64,000 bases of DNA, taken from contig OY759974.1 in NCBI GenBank assembly GCA_963662945.1, forward strand, positions 2,048,001 to 2,112,000. The letters are read 5' to 3'. This stretch comes from Arcobacteraceae bacterium. GTDB taxonomy: Bacteria; Campylobacterota; Campylobacteria; Campylobacterales; Arcobacteraceae. The notes below the pieces were generated by a model. It saw only the letters and a program-made list of their open reading frames with translations. It made no database searches and was not told the origin of the DNA. This document shows positions 1 through 9,987 of the stretch, piece after piece; the stretch's first letter is position 1; each line of letters opens with the position of its first letter. Position numbers and translations under genes: made by a program.

Positions 1-1
1 T

Positions 2-487
<486 letters not shown>

Positions 488-506
488 ATTTAACAAAGGA
501 AAAAAT

Positions 507-1769
507 ATGAGTTTTTTAAGTAGTAATAATTTGGCAACTGCAGATGCAGAAGTTTTTGGAATGATTGAAAATGAGTTAGAGAGACAAACAAATCACCTTG
601 AGATGATTGCATCTGAGAATTTTACATCGCCTGCAGTTATGGAAGCTATGGGTTCTGTTTTTACAAATAAGTATGCAGAAGGTTATCCATATAAAAGATA
701 TTATGGTGGATGTGAGTTCGCAGATCAGGTTGAACAACTTGCAATTGATAGAGCTTGTAAAATTTTTGGTTGTAATTATGCAAATGTACAACCACATTCA
801 GGAAGTCAAGCAAATGGTGCAGTGTATGCGGCCCTTTTACAAGCAGGTGATAAAATTCTTGGTATGGATTTAAGTCATGGTGGACATTTAACTCATGGTT
901 CTAAACCATCATTTTCTGGTAAAAACTACCATGCATTTTATTATGGTGTAGAACTGAATGGAAGAATTAACTATGATAGAGTTATGGATATAGCAAAAAT
1001 TACACAACCAAAAATTATAGTTTGTGGAGCTTCGGCTTATGCTAGAGAGATTGACTTTAAAAAATTTAGAGAGATCGCAGATGCAGTTGGTGCTTTACTT
1101 TTTGCTGATATAGCACATATTGCTGGTCTTGTTGCTGCTGGAGAGCATATGTCTCCATTCCCATATGCAGATGTTGTTACAACTACTACTCATAAAACAT
1201 TAAGAGGACCAAGAGGTGGTATGATTATGTGTAATGATGAAGAGATTGCTAAAAAAATCAATTCAGCAATTTTCCCAGGATTACAAGGTGGACCACTTGT
1301 ACATGTAATAGCTGCAAAAGCAGTTGCATTTAAAGAAATTTTAGATCCATCTTGGAAAGAATATGCAAAACAAGTAAAAGCAAATGCAAAAGTACTTGGG
1401 GAAGTATTAGTAAAAAGAGGATATGATTTAGTAAGTGATGGTACAGATAATCATCTTGTACTTGTAAGTTTTTTAAATAAAGATTTTAGTGGTAAAGATG
1501 CTGATGCTGCTTTAGGAAATGCAGGAATTACAGTAAATAAAAACACAGTACCAGGTGAAACAAGAAGCCCATTTATTACTTCTGGTATTAGAATAGGGTC
1601 TCCTGCATTAACTGCAAGAGGTATGAAAGAAAAAGAGTTTGAATTTATTGCTAATAAAATTGCTGATGTTTTAGATGATATTGAAAATGTTCAATTACAA
1701 CAAACAGTGAAACATGAGTTAGAAAAATTAGCTAAAGACTTTGTTGTTTATACACAATCAACGTATTAA
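507..1769 (+). CDS. glyA: Serine hydroxymethyltransferase
   Basis: [20 protein letters not shown]-lysine motif [17 protein letters not shown] at 507 follows AAAGGA RBS (track start 459 overlaps lysS). Confidence 0.98.
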   Translation: MSFLSSNNLATADAEVFGMIENELERQTNHLEMIASENFTSPAVMEAMGSVFTNKYAEGYPYKRYYGGCEFADQVEQLAIDRACKIFGCNYANVQPHSGSQANGAVYAALLQAGDKILGMDLSHGGHLTHGSKPSFSGKNYHAFYYGVELNGRINYDRVMDIAKITQPKIIVCGASAYAREIDFKKFREIADAVGALLFADIAHIAGLVAAGEHMSPFPYADVVTTTTHKTLRGPRGGMIMCNDEEIAKKINSAIFPGLQGGPLVHVIAAKAVAFKEILDPSWKEYAKQVKANAKVLGEVLVKRGYDLVSDGTDNHLVLVSFLNKDFSGKDADAALGNAGITVNKNTVPGETRSPFITSGIRIGSPALTARGMKEKEFEFIANKIADVLDDIENVQLQQTVKHELEKLAKDFVVYTQSTY

Positions 1770-1803
1770 TATTTTAGAATATTAAACTAGTAAGGAGGAT
1801 ATC

Positions 1804-2799
1804 ATGGAAGTAGATGGAAAAGAATTTTTAAGAAATGTTAGTCTTGAACAAGATAAAGAAAGACTAATACAAGAACAAAGAAAACTTGAAGCATTAAAAA
1901 GAGAATCTGTAATGAAGAATAGAACATATAGTGCCCCTGCAGAAGAATCTGCGTATGTAAATCTATCTTCTCAAACTACTAAAACTCCTTATAAAGAAGA
2001 GGAAAATGTTATAGAGGATTTGATGTTAGAACCTGAAGATCCAGAGAAAAATAAAAAAAGATATATTCTTTTAGGTATTGGTTTAATTTTAATTTTTATT
2101 ATAACTATTTTAGTAATAAGACTTGTATCAAATAATGATACTAAAGAAAAAATGGAAAATCTTAATCCAGAAACAAAAGAACTTGTGACTGATAAAATAC
2201 TTGATAAAATTGATACAAATGAAGAGTATCAAAAAGTTATTGATAAAAAAGAAGCAATGGCTGAGATGCAAAAGCTTGAACAGTCAAAACAAAATAATCT
2301 TAATGAGATAGTAGTACCTAATGAAACAGCTCAAGATACTCCTTTAGTGATTGATAAACCAAAACCAACTGAAGAACCACAAAGAGATTTATTTGGATTA
2401 ACAAAAGAAGAAGTTGCACAAAAACAAGAAGTTGTAGAAGTTGTAAAACCAAAACCAAAACCAAAACCTGTAGAGAAAAAGATTGTTGCAAAACCTGTGG
2501 TAGAGAAAAAAGTAGTAGAAAAAATAGCTACACCAACTGCTCCATTAACAACAAAAACTACAACTGTAGCTGGATATTATATACAAATTGGAGCGTTTAC
2601 AAAAGAACCTGATAAAAATTTACTAACTAGTATCACAAAAAAAGGATACAACTATAATGTACATCAAATGACTATTAAAGGTACAGTTTATAATAAAGTT
2701 TTAATAGGTGCATATCCAACAAAAGAGATTGCTTTAAAAGATTTAGATAAAGTGAAAAAAGACTTCAATAATAAAAATGCATATATATTAAAATTTTAA
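1804..2799 (+). CDS. SPOR-domain bitopic cell-division protein (DedD/FtsN-like)
   Basis: Single TM segment, Pro/Lys-rich linker, C-terminal YYIQIGAF...KVLIGAY SPOR domain; AAGGAGG RBS. Confidence 0.85.
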   Translation: MEVDGKEFLRNVSLEQDKERLIQEQRKLEALKRESVMKNRTYSAPAEESAYVNLSSQTTKTPYKEEENVIEDLMLEPEDPEKNKKRYILLGIGLILIFIITILVIRLVSNNDTKEKMENLNPETKELVTDKILDKIDTNEEYQKVIDKKEAMAEMQKLEQSKQNNLNEIVVPNETAQDTPLVIDKPKPTEEPQRDLFGLTKEEVAQKQEVVEVVKPKPKPKPVEKKIVAKPVVEKKVVEKIATPTAPLTTKTTTVAGYYIQIGAFTKEPDKNLLTSITKKGYNYNVHQMTIKGTVYNKVLIGAYPTKEIALKDLDKVKKDFNNKNAYILKF

Positions 2800-4235
2800 T
2801 GGTGTTTGAATATATGAATTTTTATAATAAAACTTTATTTTTAGACCAATTTACACCTGTATCTATATATCAAAAGGTAAAAGAAGTGTTTTCTGATGAG
2901 ATAACTTTTCTTTTTGAATCAGTTGTAAATAGTGATGATGGAAATTTTAGTTATATTTTTATTGGGGATAGAGAAAGAGTTTGGCATAAAGACAATAAAA
3001 GTTACTATAAAAATGAAGAGGGAACTATTCAAGAGATAGATAAAAATCCTTTTGTTTTTCTCAAAGAGTATTATCGAAATATTGATAAAAAGTTTTATCA
3101 TGATAAGGGAAAAGAACTTGGAATAGGACTTATTGATGGTTTTATAGGAAATATGGGTTATGATATGGTTGCAACTTTTGAACCAACATTACATAAATCA
3201 ATGGATGGCTTAAAAGATGAGTTTGGTATAGCAGATTGTGATCTTATCAGACCTAAAATGGTTTTAGTCTATTCTCATAAAACTTCACAATTAAGTTTAA
3301 TAACTTCTATGGAAAGTATGAGTAAGTACATAGAACTTATAGAGAAAAAATTACAAGAATCATTTGCATATACACCATTAAAAAAAGTTGAACTTTTAGA
3401 TGAAGGTAGTTTTGCTCATACAAAAGAAGAATTCTTTGACATGATTGCCAAATCAAAAGAGATGATACGAAGTGGTGATGTATTTCAAATTTTAATGACA
3501 AATAGATACACAAGACGAGCTAAAGTTGATACACTAAGCTTTTATAGAGCATTACGTAGTAAAAATCCTAGTCCTTATCTTTTTTTACTTGAATATGAAG
3601 ATTTTACTATTGCAGGAAGTAGTCCTGAAGTGATGGTAAGACTTACAAATGGTAGAATCCTTTTAAGACCAATAGCAGGTACTAGAAAAAGAGGGAAAAC
3701 AGTTTTGAAAGACAATGAGATGGAACAAGAGATGCTTAATGACCCAAAAGAGGTTGCAGAACATGTTATGCTTATTGACTTAGGGCGTAATGATGTGGGA
3801 CGAGTTGCAAAAGTGGGAACAGTACAAGTTACTGATAAAATGAGAGTAGAGAGATATTCACATGTTATGCATATGGTTTCTGATGTGGAAGCTACTATAG
3901 ATGAAAAATACGATATGTTTGATTTATTTGCTGCTACATTTACTGCTGGTACTATGACAGGGGCTCCAAAAATTAGGGCTATGGAACTTATTGCACAATT
4001 TGAAAAATTAAAACGAAGTTTCTATAGTGGAAGTATTGCATATTTTGGATTTGATGGAAATATGGATAGTGCAATTACCATAAGAACTACTATGATAAAA
4101 GATGATACAGTAGTATTTCAAGCAGGTGCTGGTGTTGTTGCTGATTCTGTTCCTGAATTAGAATTTTTAGAAGTAAACAATAAATTAGCAGCAAATATAA
4201 CTACACTTGAAGATTTAAGTAAAATAGAATCATAA
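2799..4235 (+). CDS. trpE: Anthranilate synthase component I
   Basis: NPSPY, SSPE, PIAGTRKRG, EHVMLIDLGRND, GAPKIRAMELI, QAGAGVVADS; start could be 2814. Confidence 0.9.
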   Translation: MVFEYMNFYNKTLFLDQFTPVSIYQKVKEVFSDEITFLFESVVNSDDGNFSYIFIGDRERVWHKDNKSYYKNEEGTIQEIDKNPFVFLKEYYRNIDKKFYHDKGKELGIGLIDGFIGNMGYDMVATFEPTLHKSMDGLKDEFGIADCDLIRPKMVLVYSHKTSQLSLITSMESMSKYIELIEKKLQESFAYTPLKKVELLDEGSFAHTKEEFFDMIAKSKEMIRSGDVFQILMTNRYTRRAKVDTLSFYRALRSKNPSPYLFLLEYEDFTIAGSSPEVMVRLTNGRILLRPIAGTRKRGKTVLKDNEMEQEMLNDPKEVAEHVMLIDLGRNDVGRVAKVGTVQVTDKMRVERYSHVMHMVSDVEATIDEKYDMFDLFAATFTAGTMTGAPKIRAMELIAQFEKLKRSFYSGSIAYFGFDGNMDSAITIRTTMIKDDTVVFQAGAGVVADSVPELEFLEVNNKLAANITTLEDLSKIES

Positions 4236-4247
4236 TAAAGGATAATT

Positions 4248-5111
4248 TTGAATAATATATTAGTAGCTCACTCTCCAGATGCAGATGATATTTTTATGTA
4301 TTATGCTATTAAATTTGGTTGGGTTACTTTAGAAAATACTACTTTTGATAATATTGCATTAGATATTGAAACACTTAATCAAGCTACACTTAAAGGTGAA
4401 TATGATATTTGTGCAATTAGTTTTGCTCTTTATCCTTTTGTGAAAGATGATTTTGCACTTCTTAGAACTGCTGTAAGTTTTGGTGATGGGTATGGACCAA
4501 AGTTGGTAAAACTAAAAGGGAAAGAATTAAAAAGAAATTTCAAAGTAGCATTAAGTGGAAAATATACTACAAATGCACTTTTATTTAAGATAAAATATCC
4601 AGAAGCTAGAATTACTTATATGAATTTTTTAGAGATAGAACAAGCAGTACTTGATGGAGTAGTTGATGCAGGTGTATTAATACATGAATCTATTTTAACT
4701 TATGATGATAAATTAGAAGTTGAAGCAGAGCTTTGGGATATTTGGCAAGAGTTAGCTGGTAAAGAATTGCCACTTCCATTGGGTGGTATGTGTTTACGAA
4801 GAAGTATTCCATTAAATAAAGCTATTGACTACGAGAATACTCTTATTAAAGCTGTTCGAGTAGCAAATGATAATAAATTACTTTTATCCAAAATGTTACT
4901 AGAAAGAGACTTAATCAGAGTAAATCATGATACATTGCAAACATATTTAGGATTGTATGCAAATGATGATTCTATAGAATTATCACCTTTACAATATCAA
5001 GCATTAGATAAACTTTATAGCTTAGGTTTTGAGCACGGCTTTTATGACCAACTTATAAAATCTCAAGATTATCTTATCCCTCATGAGTATCAAGAGTTGC
5101 GAAACTCTTAA
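4248..5111 (+). CDS. mqnD: 1,4-dihydroxy-6-naphthoate synthase (futalosine menaquinone pathway)
   Basis: AHSPDADDIFM, GVLIHE, LPLPLGG motifs; TTG start after AAGGA. Confidence 0.88.
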   Translation: MNNILVAHSPDADDIFMYYAIKFGWVTLENTTFDNIALDIETLNQATLKGEYDICAISFALYPFVKDDFALLRTAVSFGDGYGPKLVKLKGKELKRNFKVALSGKYTTNALLFKIKYPEARITYMNFLEIEQAVLDGVVDAGVLIHESILTYDDKLEVEAELWDIWQELAGKELPLPLGGMCLRRSIPLNKAIDYENTLIKAVRVANDNKLLLSKMLLERDLIRVNHDTLQTYLGLYANDDSIELSPLQYQALDKLYSLGFEHGFYDQLIKSQDYLIPHEYQELRNS

Positions 5112-5223
5112 TACTTTATAATCTCTTATAATTATTATTTATTTTATATTTTTTCTATTAACTCTTTATTAATCTAAACTTGATAAACTTTTTATTTAAA
5201 ATTTATATAAAAAAGGGGAAAGA

Positions 5224-6231
5224 ATGAGTTATAGAATAGTGAGTGTAATATTTGCAATATTTTTAATGTTGACAAATCTAAATGCTGCAGGAAAAGTTAC
5301 AGGTGGTAGTGATCATGCTATGCCAGAATGGTTTAAACAAAGTTTTCTTGATATGAATGAAGATGTTACAGAGGCCAAAGAAAATGGTAAACATGTAATA
5401 CTCTTTATGAGTTTAAAGTTTTGTCCGTATTGTACAAAAATGCTGAAAGAAAATTTTGAAAATGGTGCAAAATTACAACCATATATAAAAGATAATTTTG
5501 ATGTAATTGCTATTGATATCAAAGGTAGTAAAGAGATAGCTATCAATGAAGATACAACGATGACAGAGATAGAATATGCAAAACATCTCAAAGTACAATA
5601 TACACCAACAATTTTATTTCTTGATCAAGATAACAATATAGTAGTAAGAATAAATGGTTACAGATCACCAGAAAATTTCAAATATATTTTAGATTATGTA
5701 AAAAATAAAGAGTATAAAAATATGACTCTCACTCAATATGTAGAGAAAGTAAAAAATAAAACACTTTATACATTAGTTGATAATGAAATGTTTGTAGAAG
5801 AAACAGATTTATCAAAAATCAATACACCACTTGCTGTTATTTTTGAAGATGGAAGTTGTACTCAATGTAACTATTTACATAATACTACATTAAAAAATAA
5901 AGAGGTGCAAAAAGAGTTGTCAAAATTTACAGTTGTAAGATATGATGCTATGTCAGAAGAAGAAATTATCACACCAGATGGTAAAAAAACTACTCCAAAA
6001 CAATGGGCAAAAGATATGGTACTAGATTATAGACCAGGAATTGTACTATTTGATAAGAAAAAAGAGATAGTAAGAATAGATGCACTTTTATATAGCTTTC
6101 ATTTTAAAGAATTATTTAGATTTGTAAGTGGTGGATATTATGAAAAGTTTCATACATTTTTAGATTATTTAAAACCTAGACAAGATGAGCTTTTACAACA
6201 GGGGATTGACATAGATATTTCTGATAAATAA
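5224..6231 (+). CDS. Exported double thioredoxin-fold protein (SoxW-like)
   Basis: Signal peptide; two Trx folds with CPYC and CTQC; PEWFKQSFLD N-terminus typical of the SoxW family. Confidence 0.75.
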   Translation: MSYRIVSVIFAIFLMLTNLNAAGKVTGGSDHAMPEWFKQSFLDMNEDVTEAKENGKHVILFMSLKFCPYCTKMLKENFENGAKLQPYIKDNFDVIAIDIKGSKEIAINEDTTMTEIEYAKHLKVQYTPTILFLDQDNNIVVRINGYRSPENFKYILDYVKNKEYKNMTLTQYVEKVKNKTLYTLVDNEMFVEETDLSKINTPLAVIFEDGSCTQCNYLHNTTLKNKEVQKELSKFTVVRYDAMSEEEIITPDGKKTTPKQWAKDMVLDYRPGIVLFDKKKEIVRIDALLYSFHFKELFRFVSGGYYEKFHTFLDYLKPRQDELLQQGIDIDISDK

Positions 6232-6250
6232 AATAATATGTAATTAAAGG

Positions 6251-6283
6251 AAAAGGAGTTGAAAATATTCAACTCCTTTTTTT
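6251..6283. terminator. Bidirectional intrinsic terminator
   Basis: AAAAGGAGTTGAA-AATA-TTCAACTCCTTTT(TTT) between convergent genes. Confidence 0.85.
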
Positions 6284-6289
6284 ATACAT

Positions 6290-7654
6290 TTATTGTTGCG
6301 TTGCTGTATAAACAGCATTTACATTATCTGTTTTAACACTACCAGCAGTCGAATTCATATTGTCATAAAAACTACCAGTTAGAACTTCATTATTTGAACC
6401 AGTAATTGTATATTTTGAACCACTATATGAGTAAGTTCCTGTCAAGTTATTAATACTGGACATACTTTGACTATCACCATTAATAACCATATTAACAACA
6501 GTAGTATTTGCACCAAAATCAAAATTTAAAGTTATCGTAGAACTACTAGGGTTGATAAATTGCGTATTATAGCTATCATATCCCATCACTTTTCCACTAT
6601 AGGTTGCATTATTTGCACTAGTTAATGAACTTAGGTCACTTACGATATCTTTGTCACTTAAAACCCAAGCCTTTTCAGCTACATAATCAGCAGCTGTTCC
6701 AGTACTACTCCAAAATCCCCAGCTAAATCCAGTATCTGCACCATCTAACACTTTCATAATTGAACCAGTACCGAGTATTGAAGTAATCGTAGTATTTGTA
6801 ATTAACTCGTAAGAAAATGGAACATCACCTATAGGTACAGTATAAGTTGGAGAGAGATTTATATAATGTAAAGAATTATTTGTTTGATTTAAAATATTAT
6901 CTTTATCGTCATCCTTATCATCATCAACAAATTCTTGTGGATCCTTATTAAAAGTTGGAGTTCCTTCTACATTATTAGGAACTTCCCCAGTTGGTGTATT
7001 TGATTCATAAAAAACACCTTCATCATATCCTGATTCTTGTTCATTTTCTGAAGCACCAGAGTTTTGTTGCGCATTATTTATTTGTGCTGGTGGTGCATCT
7101 TGAGGTGGTGTTGGTGCTTGATTTGGACTAACTGATGTAAATTGATTTGCTCCAACTTGTTGTACACCTTGAGGAGTACTTACTTCTATAATACCATCTG
7201 TACAAGTTACAATTTCAGGTTGTGTTGGTTCTTGTGGAATATCTCCAAAGAATATTGTACCACGAATACCAATCGAAGCAGAACGTGTTTTTAGTGTAAA
7301 TTTATTTGGATTTACTTTTCCTATTTGTCCTGTAATTGTTTTAAAAATTCCCTTTGCTGCTTTAAATGAAGCTTTGGTTTCATTTGGTTTTTGAGTATCA
7401 TAGAAATACTCTTCTATGTCAAATGTAGAGTTTTTACCAAGAGAGATAACTGTTTTGTCATTAAATAGTAGTTGTACCCTAGCATTGGCTGTAGTTGCTA
7501 TTGTATCTTTCTCTTCAAGTGCAAATCCTATGGTTGCTGGAATTGTTTTTGAATCTCTAGATACGGTTACTTCTCCACTTAAAGCAGATATTTTTCCAAT
7601 ATTAGCAAATAGAGTTGTACTAAATAGTAAAATTGATAGTAATAATATTCTCAT
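6290..7654 (-). CDS. Exported FecR-domain protein with low-complexity linker and C-terminal TbpB-like beta-barrel
   Basis: Signal peptide; FecR motifs (VQLLFNDKTVISLG, TRSASIGIRGT); P/Q/N/D-rich linker; C-terminus ATYSGKVMG...LNFDFG...LTGSFY...AGS. Confidence 0.7.
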   Translation of the reverse strand: MRILLLSILLFSTTLFANIGKISALSGEVTVSRDSKTIPATIGFALEEKDTIATTANARVQLLFNDKTVISLGKNSTFDIEEYFYDTQKPNETKASFKAAKGIFKTITGQIGKVNPNKFTLKTRSASIGIRGTIFFGDIPQEPTQPEIVTCTDGIIEVSTPQGVQQVGANQFTSVSPNQAPTPPQDAPPAQINNAQQNSGASENEQESGYDEGVFYESNTPTGEVPNNVEGTPTFNKDPQEFVDDDKDDDKDNILNQTNNSLHYINLSPTYTVPIGDVPFSYELITNTTITSILGTGSIMKVLDGADTGFSWGFWSSTGTAADYVAEKAWVLSDKDIVSDLSSLTSANNATYSGKVMGYDSYNTQFINPSSSTITLNFDFGANTTVVNMVINGDSQSMSSINNLTGTYSYSGSKYTITGSNNEVLTGSFYDNMNSTAGSVKTDNVNAVYTATQQ

Positions 7655-7665
7655 AATTTATCCTT

Positions 7666-8997
7666 TTAGAATGCAAAAGCGTAATTAATATTTGCGCTTC
7701 TTTTTTTGTATGTGTAGAGATTGATATTTGAATCATTCTCTATATCAGTAAACTCTACCATAATTGACTTTGTATCATCTAATTTTTTTACAATACCTAA
7801 AGTGATATTTCTAGTATCATCATTTCTTTTTGGCACTAGTGTTCCAACATCTTGATATCTGTTTTTTTCTATTTGATAGCCTAGCGTTACATCATAAGTT
7901 GGAAAAATAGTTTTTGTATAAGAAATTTTATATTTATTTGTATCTTTACTTACATCTATTCTTGTACCATGTTCTTTTCTTTCAGCAGCATAAGAGGTAA
8001 AAATATTTAATTTATCTTTATTATCAAAAGGTAATAGATACTTAATTGCAACCTCTTTAATATTACTACTTCTTTCACTATCTATACTTTGTATCATCTT
8101 TTTCTTTTTATATTTTATATCAAAAGTTACAAGATGATTTGCATATATGTTGTATTTTAAAGAGTTTGTAATTCCGTAAATATAGAGTGTTTGATCATGC
8201 CCTAACCAAACATGATCATAAGTAAAAGAAGTGAGGTTTTTATATTTTTGATTTGTATATCCTATACCACTTTCAAGTGATAATAAAAGTATATCATTAT
8301 CATGATAGTGATTTAGTTCTTTGAGATATGCAACACCTGTAGTTTCCCAAGATAATTTATCATTTGCTTTACTTGGAACTATTAAATTCCCAACTAAAAT
8401 TGTTTTAAAATCACTATCTGATTTTTTATCTGTATTATTATTGAGTCTTAATCCACCCAATATATCGGTATATGATTCATAGGTATTATTATTAACATTA
8501 TTATCCCATCCTAAACCAACAATAACAACTCTATTAAGAATATAGTTTTGTTCTTTTTGTTCAATCATTTTTAAAAATTTTTCAACATTGCTTCGAACAC
8601 TTAGAGGAATAGGTGATGTTAGCACCATTTCAAATTCTTTTTTTGCTTCTTTATATGATTGCATTAAAAAAAGTGTTCTTGCGTATTCTAGTCTTACTCT
8701 ATGATTTGATGGATTTGAGATAAGAATTCTATCGTAGGCAGTTAATGCAAAGTCATACTTTTTTAATTCAAAAGCACTTCTTCCATAATAATAATTTATA
8801 AGTTCATGCTCTGGATACTGTTCTACAAGTTTGTCAAATATTTCAAATGATTTTTCATAGTTTTGTTGATTAAAACTTGTCAATCCCTGACTATATTTGA
8901 TGGTAGCTTCTTTATCTGTTGCAAAATTTGTACTAGCTGCAAATACAAATGTAGTTATTAAATTTATTAAAATGATTAATAAAAATTTATTTTTCAT
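7666..8997 (-). CDS. TPR + outer-membrane beta-barrel protein (Slam/DUF560-like)
   Basis: Signal peptide, N-terminal TPRs (RVRLEYARTLF), GWDNNVN barrel-start motif, amphipathic strands, terminal Phe (YAFAF). Confidence 0.72.
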   Translation of the reverse strand: MKNKFLLIILINLITTFVFAASTNFATDKEATIKYSQGLTSFNQQNYEKSFEIFDKLVEQYPEHELINYYYGRSAFELKKYDFALTAYDRILISNPSNHRVRLEYARTLFLMQSYKEAKKEFEMVLTSPIPLSVRSNVEKFLKMIEQKEQNYILNRVVIVGLGWDNNVNNNTYESYTDILGGLRLNNNTDKKSDSDFKTILVGNLIVPSKANDKLSWETTGVAYLKELNHYHDNDILLLSLESGIGYTNQKYKNLTSFTYDHVWLGHDQTLYIYGITNSLKYNIYANHLVTFDIKYKKKKMIQSIDSERSSNIKEVAIKYLLPFDNKDKLNIFTSYAAERKEHGTRIDVSKDTNKYKISYTKTIFPTYDVTLGYQIEKNRYQDVGTLVPKRNDDTRNITLGIVKKLDDTKSIMVEFTDIENDSNINLYTYKKRSANINYAFAF

Positions 8998-9025
8998 TTT
9001 TCTTCCCTTTTGCTAATTATTGTAT

Positions 9026-9134
9026 ATTTTACCATAAAGAGAATTAATAGTAAACAGAAAGTAAACAACAATATTATTTGATTACATTTTAATTACAAAA
9101 TGAAATACATTCATAATAAAATTAATGATATAAT
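9026..9134. promoter_or_regulatory. Divergent slam/murB promoters with 11-bp-period direct repeats
   Basis: Minus TGgTAAAAT (9026-9034); GTAAACA at 9050 and 9061; ATTACA at 9081 and 9092; plus TGaTATAAT (9126-9134). Confidence 0.55.
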
Positions 9135-9139
9135 CCAAA

Positions 9140-9910
9140 ATGCTTAAAACAATAGATTTTCAAAAATATACTTCTATTCATATTGGTGGACAATATGAAG
9201 TAAAAGTTATTAATGAAATAGGTCATTATCCCCATTATAGAATTCTTGGTCGTGGAAATAATATTCTTATTTCAAATACGCCACCTCCATTAGCTATTTT
9301 AGGTGAAAAGTTTGATTACATTATTCAAAAAGAGGATAAACTTATCGTTGGAGCTGCTACATCCAGTGGCAAATTATTAACCTATTGTAGAAAAAATGAT
9401 ATTGCACATTTTGAGCTTTTAGCAAAATTACCCGGTAGTATGGGTGGTTTAGTGAAGATGAATGCAGGTTTGAAAGAATGGGAAATATTTAATTATCTTT
9501 ATTCAATTAAAACACAAGATGGAGAGATACTTAAAAAAGATATTCCTTATGCTTATCGACATACACAAATTGACGGTATTGTTTATGAAGTGACATTTCA
9601 TATAGAAAAAGGCTATGATAAAGAACTTCAAAATATGTTTAATAAAATGAGAGATAATCAACCAAATAATCCTAGTGCTGGAAGTTGCTTTAAAAATCCA
9701 AAAGAGTATAGCGCAGGGTATTTAATAGAAAATGTTGGACTTAAAGGATATCAAATTGGTGGAATGGCTTTTAGTTCTCAACATGCAAACTTTTTAGTGA
9801 ATATGGGTGAAGGTACTTTTGAAGAAGCGTTTACATTGATAAATCTTGCAAAAGAAAAAGTCAAAAAACAATTTAATATAGATTTAGAATTAGAGGTGGA
9901 AATTATTTAA
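9140..9910 (+). CDS. murB: UDP-N-acetylenolpyruvoylglucosamine reductase
   Basis: LPGSMGGLVKMNAG, QPNNPSAGSCFKNP, HANFLVN, LELEV. Confidence 0.95.
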   Translation: MLKTIDFQKYTSIHIGGQYEVKVINEIGHYPHYRILGRGNNILISNTPPPLAILGEKFDYIIQKEDKLIVGAATSSGKLLTYCRKNDIAHFELLAKLPGSMGGLVKMNAGLKEWEIFNYLYSIKTQDGEILKKDIPYAYRHTQIDGIVYEVTFHIEKGYDKELQNMFNKMRDNQPNNPSAGSCFKNPKEYSAGYLIENVGLKGYQIGGMAFSSQHANFLVNMGEGTFEEAFTLINLAKEKVKKQFNIDLELEVEII

Positions 9911-9987
9911 AGTTGCATTTTGCAATCTATTTTCATAAAATAATATTTTTATAGTACTATTCTTTTATATCAAAAGAGGAGGGTAGT

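Noticed and set aside
2445-2469. (AAACCA)n repeat in the SPOR gene as a phase-variation tract
   Set aside because: The 6-nt unit keeps the frame and encodes an ordinary KPKPKP linker
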